A stretch of DNA of 61,597 nucleotides, the filler included, from Globobulimina sp. (lineage: Eukaryota), in the NCBI GenBank assembly GCA_003354225.1. It is 11 parts of 11 records of this genome, joined end to end, with 100 filler letters (N's around TTAATTAATTAA, not from the genome) between each part and the next. Parts side by side here need not be neighbours in the genome. Positions count along the whole stretch, not along the records: positions 44,891 to 50,393 come from PIVH01000537.1; positions 50,494 to 55,996 come from PIVH01000538.1; positions 56,097 to 61,597 come from PIVH01000539.1; 8 more parts are not named here. One strand, 5' to 3'. The notes beneath the pieces are model-generated. The model was not told the origin of the DNA and ran no database searches. It worked only from the letters and a program-made list of their open reading frames with translations. This document shows, piece by piece, positions 44,891 to 56,097 of this stretch (position 1 is its first letter; the number at the start of each line of letters is the position of its first letter). The position numbers and the translations under genes are program-made.

Positions 44891-47800
44891 ACTGATAAAT
44901 ATCATTAATATAACGATGTATTTGTTGTACATAACGAATGATTGTATGATCCAATGTTTGCTGCAATTTACAAATCCATAATAAAGCATTGATATTATCC
45001 GACACAATATGAATATATTCAAAACTACACAAGAAAGATGATGGCAGCTTCATTATTTGTTGTAACACAGTGTTAATACCCATCATTTCAACAATGTTAA
45101 TATCAAAAGCATAGCCAATGGTTAACCAATCTTGTTGTACCGGGACAATGTCGTACTGCAAGTATTTATGACTAATATGCAAATTCAAATCAATGGCAAT
45201 ATCAGTTTGATACTTCAAATCCGCAAAGTTGTGATATTTCAGTGCATGATGATGAAGTCGGTGCACCTCAATTAACAGACCAATTTCTGCACAATTACCA
45301 CCAACAATGGATCCATCAGTAAACGCATACAGAGTAACATTTGAATGATTAATCGCGTCTTCCTCTGTATACAAACCATTGATAAACGTCGCATAGTCAT
45401 ATTTCTGCACAAAGGATGGGATGTATTTAATTTTACGTCCATGTGAGTTAATGGCAAAACACCAATGATAATGGATTAAGCGTAATATTTTATACTTCAT
45501 TGCAAGCAAAAAGATACGGAACAAAGGATTTCGTTTATCATAGGTTTTCATATATTTTAGCTTCGATTTTTGTGTACGACTATTCACCGTAGATAGCATA
45601 TAATTGTTCCATATCGGCATCCACCGATCGCGAATTAAAATATATAATATATTACGATTATGTATATATAGCAAACTGACCCAAAGCCGAATCAACTTAA
45701 TATGAATGAAAGTATCAAAGTCCACAAACGGCGTAAGAATTACCAGTATATCCAAAGGAATCGTATTTAAGGCACCATACAACAATTTGATGACACGGTA
45801 ATACATTTTTTTCAATGGTTTAACGTCATTTCTGTTGGACACGCAGCTAAATAATAACACAGGATACTCAATTTTAGACAGAATCACTGAATGCAGATAA
45901 TGGTACAATTTCTTTGTACGAAATCGCCGAAAACGATATCGTATATTCCTCATTTCTCTATAGTCCAAAAAGATATTTTGCACGATATGGTTTATGTGTG
46001 TGCGCGCCGATAGATTATATGACAAATAATAACCAACATATTTAACATATTGTTCTGGATTACTTTTAGCAATGCCATTAATGGTCAGCACTGGTGTTGG
46101 AAGATTGCATTTTTTCTTCATAGCATCTGTATGGAAGACAATGTATTTAGTTTTCTTTGCTGAGAGGGACATTCCATTCAACTTCAGCCATCCAATGATA
46201 TTATCAATGGCATATTGCAAACCATATTGAATATCGTACAAGAATACAGCCTTCAAAACTGTCCACAAAACCAAGTCATCCACATAAATATACAATTTTA
46301 TTGGCAAATATGACGGTATAACATAATACAAAGGGTCCAGATAAAGCATATTAAGGAAAGGGCTCAATGGCCGTCCCTGCGCCAATCCAATCAATTGTAA
46401 CATCCATTGCGATCTAACCCCATTCACAGTTACTGCGCACCAACAATTTACAAATAAATCATATATCGCTTGTATATATTTCATAGGAAATCCATAATAA
46501 TAATGCAGTCTTTGTACCAAAATATCATAACAAACAGAGGGGAAATCCTGGGAAATATCTGAGAAAATCGCATATGTCGGGATCTGCTTATTCCAGCCAG
46601 TATCAATGTCGTTGATCAATAATGTAACAATATCTCTCGTTGACTTCCCCTTCATATTAGTAGTGTTGTTCGGGTGTATCGAGTCGCAACTAATCACAAA
46701 CTCGATGCCTTTATATAACAAACACATCTCATACATCTTTTTTATACATCCATTCAACGAAATTTCTCGATAATTATCAACATAATGCGGATCACGCCTT
46801 GGTTTGGCGATTGGTGTAATGTATGTTATTTTATGTATCCTCGGCAGATATCCAGAGCAATAAAACAGGTTTAAGTATGCATACAGAAACTCCACAATAT
46901 ATGGATTCAAGTATACTAATAATTGTATATGCAGACCAATGCCATGATTACACCGTTTATTCATTATTCGTAATACATATTTAATCAAATGGCGAGAAAA
47001 TGGCTGCATGAGCGCGAGATTCGCGTTCTTATATAACAAATCATGGACAAATAGACGTGGATTATGAACAGCATTCGCCGCCAAAAGATCACCAGAGATA
47101 TTCTGCATAATATCAGTACATTTATATATATTATCACATAAAGGGATGTTTTTAAATTTCAATCTATTCAATGGATGGTATTGTATGTTTGTCAAATAAC
47201 GGTGACAGAATTTATTAGCAAACAAATTCGCTTTTGTATGACTGTCATGTACAAAATTGTTGGCACCCGGATCCAACGCAGATTTATGTATGAGATATGG
47301 GACATATTTCTTACGCTGTGAAATACAGCCAATTTTACGAAGATATCGCATCGATTTGTATATGTCTCGTTTCCCTGCCACAGTTTGGTCCATATTTTGC
47401 TGCAAATACGCTTTCTTTGCTTTATCACACAAATTCTTCAACTTATTTTTACATTTCTTATATCTCAGATGTTCAGCAGCTCGTTTTATGATATCAGGGC
47501 AGGAAAGCCAGGCTCGTTTGAGTCGTTTCAAATGTGCGCCCATATCAATAATCGTATTCGTACACCAAAGCTGCCGATGTTGGTACTTATGCCGCTGTGT
47601 TTTTCCAATGTACTGTGATGCATTATTATGAAGGATGCGATAAAAAGCATGTGCAATATCATCAATTATCGAATGTGTGTAGGGTTGTACCAATAACTCA
47701 ATCCGTTTCTGCAATGCTTTCAAAGCCCGCGTTGTATATAACTGATACAAATACAGCGATTTAGGACGGTTAAAACGATAATGTACATGATCCACATTAA

Positions 47801-48812
47801 AATATCTATTTTGTACACATCCAAATGCAGCAACATGCCGTGGCAAATATATGATAGTAAATATCATAAAGTGATCAGAGAAACGTTTAATTTGAGGTTG
47901 ATTATCATCAACGCAGTTTATTATGTAACTGTCATAATTTTGCAGCAATTTATCAGAAAATAAATGCAGATCCAATATATTCCCTTTATAATGTGTGGCA
48001 ATGCGCTTTGTATTAATAACAGAAACATGTCTGTTATCAATGATTTTATCCATCCATACAAACTCCGAACGGTCCTGTTTGCTGTATCCTGCATAATCCA
48101 AACGTGAATATAGTTCATTATGAAAGTTAAAATCCCCACCAACAATAAACGTGTTAATGTTATTATTGGTTTGTTGTAATGTATCATTGTGCCACTTCTT
48201 TTGTTTATGATGTTGAATAATATAATCCATGAAATATTTAAAGATCTGGAGGTCGGGGACAGATAAACTACGATTCGGAGAACGATAATAGGCAGCAAAC
48301 AATATAGATTGTCGATATATTGTACCAGGTCCAGGATGCACTACAATCCACGTTGTGTAATGTCCATTTGCTTTATTCAATAGATGCCAATCAACAACGT
48401 TTCCGAGAATATGCTGTTGTGTTTTCTGCTCAATCTGAATAATATCAACATATTCTTCTAATCCGTTTCTAACATAAATAACATTTTTCAAATGTTGGTC
48501 GTACATTGGTACATCATTGATTTTATTAAAATAACCATCAATATCTGGAGGATGCATATCTGTTTTATAATGTATACAAACTTCCTGCAACGCAATGAAA
48601 GTCGGCTCTAATTCAGCAATAATATCACTCAATAGATCTAATTTTGCAGTGTTAAATGTATCATGTCCCCGTTGTGAGAATACGCCATTAACATTGAGCG
48701 ACATCAAAGATAGAGACTGATCGAAATAGTTCTTCGAAATGTGATTAATAACATTGTGACTGTCAATAATATCTGGATTTATCACATTATATTTATCATT
48801 AGCGGCCATCAT
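44891..48812 (-). CDS. LINE ORF2: AP endonuclease, reverse transcriptase, RNase H
   Basis: APE: SLNVNG, LQE, YRSP, GDFN, SDH. RT: YREISL, GLAQGRPLSP, YVDD, KYVG. RNase H: TDGS, VEMMGI, SDN. No stops in >1300 codons. Confidence 0.93.
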
Positions 48813-49404
48813 CAAATATCATAAATTAAATTATCCCAAATCCACAGAGAAATCCAGAAACATATTACAGACACAAATTGTAAACAAAAACAAAAACAAA
48901 ATGAAAAAACAAGATAAATATAGAAACACAAACAAGTAATCAAGAGATCCAAAAGCAAAGAACATAAAAGAAAAAGTAAAATGCTCATAATATTATTTGA
49001 TGAGTTACCAATTATTTGATTAACATCGTGAGAGAAAGGAGAGAAGAAAAGGAAAATAAAAAGTGAAACAAAATAAAATCTAGAAATAATAATAAAAGTA
49101 CATAAAACTAAAAGGAAATCTAAAGATAAATAAGAAAGTAACAAAATCACAGCAAATGGAGAGATTACGGGATCCTTCAAAGAAAAATAAAAAGAAAGAG
49201 TCAGGTCCAAACAAAGTAAATCAAATCCAATGCAAAGTTGTGTGAAAATAAAAGCAAAAAAAGCAAAGTTGCAAAACAAAGTATAAAAGCAAAGCTGCAA
49301 AACAAAAACAAGAAATAAAATTAAGATTAAAAGTAAACGTAAATATAAATAGAAACACAAAGCGAACCATAAAAAATGTATATGATTCAAAATAAAATGG
49401 TAAT

Positions 49405-50391
49405 TTAAGAGGGAGGAAAGCGGCCATATTTCCGTTGAAACTGCGTATGTTTGTCTTGTAGACGTCGGCTGCGCCGCAATTTCTTATCTTTACTCAAAGT
49501 CTTTTTCCATTCTAATTTGTTAACAGACCTCTGAAAAATTCTATGTTGCTCTGGCACAATATCATATGTGTTGTTATTTGTAGGCTGATCTGCTATATCA
49601 ACCAAAGTCAATTTATAATCAGATTTCCGGCGTTTCCGAGATCGTTTTTTATTTTTATTTGTTGAATTAATATGTGATTGTTGTGACTGTGTTAATTCAA
49701 TTTGATTATCCTGCGACTGCAAAATATTATAGTTTATGTCACTGTCGCCAGTACTTGAAGTTGCAAGAAGTTTTTCATACGACACGCCCCCCTTTCGTTC
49801 ATGGACAACAGGGCTCCGTAACAAGCTATGTTGCGGAGAAGGATTCAGGGAATGTGCATCAACTACGTCGGTATTCAAAGAATTGAATGCATCATCGAGA
49901 TCATCCAAATCCATATTGTTGGCATCAATATGATCAACAACATTCGTTGTAAGCAAATCATTTTCATCACTCTTCAAATCATAATTGCGTCGATTCTCAA
50001 TCTCCGCAACAGAATTATAAATTGTACCAGATCGTAATCTGCGGACGCCAGAGGGCACAGTGCCATTATTAATCAAAGTGTCATCGACCGTGGAATCTAA
50101 GGTCAATGAGAGAGATGGACCGTCATTATCATCTGCAACCGTATCCAACGCATGTAATTGAGCCGCAGTCATAGTATCTAATTCAGTCGATTGCAAATCA
50201 GCATATTGCACATTACGGGGCCCTGTAAATGTAATCGGGAAGGTATCAGCCAATGTAGGAGACAGATTAGGTGGTAAAACCGGCGGAAGTGATGCATCCA
50301 TCTCATGTTTGGATGTCGATGCCGTAGGAATGAAAGAGGGGGCATCAGCATTTAAGGCGCCATTTACAACAGCAACAGCAGCAGAAATCGT
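49405..50391 (-). CDS. Putative LINE ORF1, C-terminal disordered part with PAM2 and basic motifs
   Basis: Frame is open to the contig edge. LNADAPSFIP, RRLRSG, KKRSRKRRK, RRSRRL. Confidence 0.6.
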   Translation of the reverse strand, partial: TISAAVAVVNGALNADAPSFIPTASTSKHEMDASLPPVLPPNLSPTLADTFPITFTGPRNVQYADLQSTELDTMTAAQLHALDTVADDNDGPSLSLTLDSTVDDTLINNGTVPSGVRRLRSGTIYNSVAEIENRRNYDLKSDENDLLTTNVVDHIDANNMDLDDLDDAFNSLNTDVVDAHSLNPSPQHSLLRSPVVHERKGGVSYEKLLATSSTGDSDINYNILQSQDNQIELTQSQQSHINSTNKNKKRSRKRRKSDYKLTLVDIADQPTNNNTYDIVPEQHRIFQRSVNKLEWKKTLSKDKKLRRSRRLQDKHTQFQRKYGRFPPS

Positions 50392-50393
50392 AT

Positions 50394-50493
50394 NNNNNNN
50401 NNNNNNNNNNNNNNNNNNNNNNNNNNNNNNNNNNNNNTTAATTAATTAANNNNNNNNNNNNNNNNNNNNNNNNNNNNNNNNNNNNNNNNNNNN
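50394..50493. other. Artificial contig linker
   Basis: N44-TTAATTAATTAA-N44. Confidence 0.99.
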
Positions 50494-51138
50494 ACGAGGC
50501 TCATAACGTAGGCCAGCGGGGATGAACATAGATTCTATTTGCGATTAATGCACTAAACTCATATCCTGACCACATCCTATAACACTATATCTGCGCTACA
50601 CGGTTGAGAGTAGAATGTATTACTTTGAGCTTTATTTGAAGTTAATACAGAAAGATCTTCAAATTTAGTCGCTGGTGTCAACAACACTATTGCCGGCAAT
50701 AGATTAGGATTCAGTGAGATAGGTATATGGTTATGTGTGAACACGTATGCACCACACAACCACTACAATCAACTGTATGGTGAATGTTATAACTGGATTG
50801 GCTTATTCCTTCCTTGCATTACAAACAGATATTTATAGTACAGAAATATGATATGAATTTATTTATGGGATATTAATTTCACAGGTTCATAATTGGTCGT
50901 CTGTCAATTCAAGAAAAAAAAGAATAATTAATTCAATGCATAAACGTACTGATAAACATATTAAAAAACACAAGAAAAAAAAATAAAGTAAAATAAACGT
51001 TTTTGAAATAAAAAATGATAAAAATAACACAAGAATAATCGCAACGTAATTGGAAAGTCCGTACAATTGCAAAAGTATATTAAATATAATAAAAAAATAA
51101 CGGGAAAAAAATAACGGAAAAAAAATGGAATATATATA

Positions 51139-54081
51139 TTAAATATGTATTAATTTTCCATTGTGATCATATATTTTATGTATTTGAAATGCAATTTTAA
51201 CATTCAACACATCGATATTTTGAATATCTTTCATTTTAAACAACGACGAGCCTTTATATAACTGATTATTTGTCAACACGCACGAATCCCATTTGTTATA
51301 TGATAATTGGATGAATGATAAACCATATTTCAATTCAATTTTACTTATCGATGCATGTAACTTATTTTGTGTGGCGATAAATCCACGAAACATATCCTCC
51401 TCTTTCTGTCCATCATATTTCTTATAACACCGAAAATGCAGTGTACATTTATCACCATTTGGATTGATATTAAATTTATATTTTTTGGAATATAAACTCT
51501 TTTTAAATGATGAATCATTAATATGTGAAACAGACAAATTCATTTCAATCGAATATACATATTTTATACCAATATTATTCTGCAATAAATACGATATATA
51601 TTTATCAAATAATAAGGTATATAAATCTGGGATTAGTTTCTCACATTCTTTCTTATTGAACCATACTGTCTTATTATTGTTATTTCCTTCGTTGTTATAT
51701 TTTGTAATACATTCAAATAATTGCTGCATATATTTATTATGCACACTGTGTTCACTGTCATAGTTAACCATATTTGAGAGCATTTTTATTATTTTGCGTT
51801 GATACTTTTTTTTGAAAAAAATATTATTTTTATCATTATACCATTTACCACTTATTATCTGTTGGTATAATGTCAGTGATAACACTGAATCCGAATGTGA
51901 TGAGCCATTATATACAATATCAATAAAACCTAAGCTGCCACCAAATATAATACGTTCCTTCTCTGCTGGGAAATAACTAAAATTGCTCGTATCTGTGTGT
52001 ATCAATCAAGCATTGACTTGTCAGACATTATGTCACTCAAAAAAAAAACTTCAGTCAACTAAGAAATGACAATTAATGCACACATACCTAAATACACCAT
52101 ATTCTGTTCATTACCGAGCACTTTGCCTAATTTCAACACAATATTTGTAGTCTGGTTGTCAATTTTCTGCGCCACCACATATTTAGTAGTCAACGATGAT
52201 GGTCGATCGAACGACACACAACATTTCGGAAAGGATAACTTGGTATTAAGTCCATGATAAACGCGTTGTTTCTCAGACAACACATCACCAAAACACCATA
52301 TAGACTCTTTTAAATACCTTAAAAAATTCGCAATCTCACAATGTCTTCTTTTCACATCACTCATAGTTTCATTATTGTCCAATTTCCTGCATCCAATATT
52401 GCGAAAATCATTGATAATCTCATAATAATTTGTACATATTAGCACTGCAATAATATGATTAATAGATATTCTCTCCCCGTATTTTATTGATTTCTTCATC
52501 CATCGAAACTCGCGTTTACACTGCAAATTCTTTCCAATATCACTCCGTAAATAATCGTTTGCTTTAATGACTAATAATTCATAGTCATCACTGCTCATTG
52601 AATGTATATTATTGCCTAATAACTCACTCCGCAAATCCTCATATGTCGCTGGACAATAATATGGATGGGAGCTCTTCCAATAATCAAATGATTGGCCAAA
52701 TGAGGACTTTAACATAGGAGTATTGCGTTTTACAATGCCTTTATACTCAGAACCAGTGCCAAAAACAGTGGAAATCTCCGATTGAGTGTCATCGATTGTG
52801 TCTGCATCGTCTGTTTCTATATTGCCATCTTCCACAGTTTCCTTACTATCTGAACCTTTATTTGCTGATTTGTTGGTTGTTGTGGTTAGAGATGGCTTGA
52901 ATGCAATGCGTGGCAACGATGATAATGCAAATATATTGCTACTATCTGCTTCGACTTCGGTTATGAATTTTTTACCGTCTGATATTAAGCCAGAATGGAT
53001 GAATAATCCATGGATTATATCCAAATATTCAATCAATGCGATTTCAGACATTTCTTCGGGCGATCCATCCTTGGTTTCATCAGAAATCCAATATAAATCA
53101 CGTCTCCCTGGTAAAGTAGAAAAAAAAAGAGAATTGCCATGGTCCACATTTTAAAGTGACACTGAAAACATTTACTTTAAAATCATGGCACTATGACACA
53201 CTGAAGCAAAGGCAAATATATATGGGTAACGAACCTTTATTTGATAATGCCCGATAGATTTGTTTCTTTCCATCATTCCGAGTGAGACATGGACACATTT
53301 CGGGGTGATTACAGTTTGGTACTTTGGTCTTTATATATTGCAGTAACTCTTTATCTGTATCATTGTTCATGTGATATTTTTTGACATGAAAATAATCAGA
53401 CAACAATTTATTTCGATTATATCCTTTCAATTTTGAAATAAATTTAGTCATCGATGAATATATGCTGTCCGTTGACTCATTTTTGACTGATTTAAATTTA
53501 ATAAAAATACTATAATATCTCTGTATAAATGAGATCCGTTCAATAAAATCACAGTCGCCAATTGAACACGAACCGTATGCCATTTCCCGATTCTTCTCTC
53601 GTCGTTTCGGTGCAATCTCATTCCATTCACGTTCTATGGCTTTGTCACTGTAAAATATCGTGTTTCCATCAATGGTTTTTGCACAGAAAAACGGTACAAA
53701 AAATATTCTTAACTTTGTAACAGAATTCGCATCGGTTTTGTTACCATCATAACTGATATCATCTAACATGGATGTTATGTCATCGTCGTCTAATTCTTCT
53801 TGAATTTGTTTGATTTTTGATGCTTTTACTTTGCAACGAATTTGCTTTTTGAGTATATCCAATGAGATGATGGAGGCAGACGAAAATTTTATGTCGTATT
53901 CATCAGAAGATTTTAAATAACGCATCGAGTCGACTTGTAAGGTGATGCATATCTGACCTTGAGATAAATGTGAATATTTGGATAGATTACTGAATCCAGA
54001 CTGTAATGATATTCCTGAATCACGTCGTCGTGCACCTAATAGTGATGTACGACGAGTGTTTAAATGATCTAATGTTAGCAT
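51139..54081 (-). CDS. Three-exon protein with Cys/His-rich helical region and ADP-ribosyltransferase-like (R/H-S-ExE) domain (introns 53108-53234, 51993-52087)
   Basis: Phase-1 GT-AG introns join three track ORFs in frame. Motifs RVYHG, PSSLTT and YLD..SYFPAEKERIIFGG. Confidence 0.7.
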
Positions 54082-54138
54082 GTTCCGTTAAATTAATTTT
54101 TAAAGTATTAAAGTAAGTTTGAAAAACTTCTAGTAATA

Positions 54139-55996
54139 ATGACGACAGAAGCACCAGAATCGTCAGTAAACTCACTGGGCCACTTCAGTGTTAACACCGG
54201 TGAATTTGTATCGCAGCTATACATTTCAGTACCGATTGGCTTAATATTAATATTTTTATATATGATTGTACGACAAATCTCATTACGAACATGGGAAGTA
54301 CGCCGAAAATACGCCGAAATACTAGTCGAGGAAGAAATGGGTGACGAGACTGACAGTGACGACCCCTTTGCAGAAACAGAAGAATTTAAATTACCAAAAT
54401 TTAGTACAACAATAACATATCCACGAATTTCAACTGGATTTTTCTTTTGGATGTACGATGTTTGGACCATGGATACAAATACATTTTATAAACATGCTGG
54501 TTTTGATGCATTAGTATTTAGATTATATTTAAAAGGCTGTATGTTTATTTGCCTCGCATCATTGCCATATGCTCTCTGTGTATTACTTCCTGTATATGCT
54601 ACCTCCGAAGTTACGATCAATTCGTTTTTAATGTGAGTGCGGAGTGCAAGGATCTTCATCATCCTCTAAGTGACTCACTCACTCACTCACTCGCTCAAAA
54701 ACTTTACACACTGACACCATGTCACTTGCCTATGTTTTTAATTGTGACAGAATGTACATAATATGGATGATCCATTGGCAATAATCTCTATAAATTCCGT
54801 GGGTGAATCAAGCAACAGATTATATGCAGCCGTGCTCGGCTGTTATATCTTTACATTCATCGCTTTATATTACTTATCCAGAGTATATTTAGCCGTCGCT
54901 TATGCCACCGATCAATTTTTAATTGGAAGCAATCGTTTATTGGAAGTGGACAAATTGTCCTGGTTCAATTACAAAGAGATGATTGACGACATCGTGGATG
55001 TAAATGTGAGAGTGGCCCGGGCCCCGATTGAGTTGACAAAGAATTATTTATCAAAAGTTAAACGACTGGTTGACAAAGAACAACATGTTCGGCAACCCAG
55101 CGAAGAGTTGGTCGCACCGATTGAAAATGAAGAGGATGATATTAAATATGAACCTAAATCAGACGAAGAAAAGACGGAATTGCTCAGTGACGATGGCTAT
55201 AATTCAGACACTGTGCGTATAATAAAGAATAGTGTGCCGTCCATCGATCGCTATACCATAATGATCCGTGATTTGCCGAAACCGTTTCGGGACGAAACCA
55301 CATTAAGACAGTTTATGAACCGTTTATTTCCAAATAAAATTGCTGTTGTTGTGATTGTGGTGGATGTCCGGGACTTGACAAAGGTGCAAAATGAGATTAA
55401 ATTTCATGTCAAAGCGCTCAAAACGTTGTCTGTCAAACACGAGTTCGAGTTAGATAACTTATACGATGATGGGAAGTTGCCTACGATTTACGAAGGAACT
55501 AAATGTTGTGGATGTTGTGGGGAACAAATTAATTTGATAACGTATCATCGCACAAATAAAGAAGCGTTAATGAGCAGATTCAATAAGATGAAGAAAGAGG
55601 GATTGCGGGCTACGCCCACCGCCTTCGTGACTTTCAATTGTTTAAAAGCCGCATCCATAGCGATATCGTGTCCCATCCGCTTTGGTGTCAGCAATTTGAA
55701 AATCCAAAAAGCGCCGTACCCAAACGATTTATATTGGGATAACTTGAAATATTCCTCCAATGACTTAATCCCTTATAACTTATTAGTAGCCATCGCCATG
55801 TTTTTTTTATTGATATTCTGGTCGATTCCGGTGGCCGCCATTCAGGGTTTGGCCAATTTGGAGACTATTTTCGATGCATTCGACGCAAACATCGAGGATT
55901 ACTTTAACGAGACCACCGTGTCGTGGATGCAAGGCTCGCTCACTGTGCTCATTTTGGATTTGTGGTTGGCCATAATCCCAATCATCGTTGAGCTAT
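54139..55996 (+). CDS. CSC1/OSCA/TMEM63 mechanosensitive channel (intron ~54610-54750); 3'-truncated
   Basis: HAGFDALVF, LLPVYAT, YTIMIRDLP, AFVTF, APYPNDLYWDNL, FWSIPVA. Confidence 0.93.
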
Positions 55997-56096
55997 NNNN
56001 NNNNNNNNNNNNNNNNNNNNNNNNNNNNNNNNNNNNNNNNTTAATTAATTAANNNNNNNNNNNNNNNNNNNNNNNNNNNNNNNNNNNNNNNNNNNN
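55997..56096. other. Artificial contig linker
   Basis: N44-TTAATTAATTAA-N44. Confidence 0.99.
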
Positions 56097-56097
56097 A

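Larger units (their letters stand above)
44891..50393 (-). mobile_element. Non-LTR retrotransposon (LINE) with APE-RT-RNase H ORF2 and putative ORF1; both ends truncated
   Basis: ORF2 domain order and a co-oriented upstream ORF separated by a ~590-nt T-rich spacer. Confidence 0.88.

Noticed and set aside
33681-50393. Two RTs close together as one composite or defence system
   Set aside because: They lie on different contigs separated by linkers, and both are eukaryotic retroelement types, not retron, DGR or group II intron RTs.
50494-50890. Possible gene remnant at the start of contig 10
   Set aside because: Only short frames bounded by stops, and no family recognised.
5519-56096. Regularly spaced TTAATTAATTAA within N runs as a biological repeat or array
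   Set aside because: Ten identical 100-nt linkers separate length-sorted contigs, so this is a concatenation artefact. ORF ends reading XXX-LIN are false.
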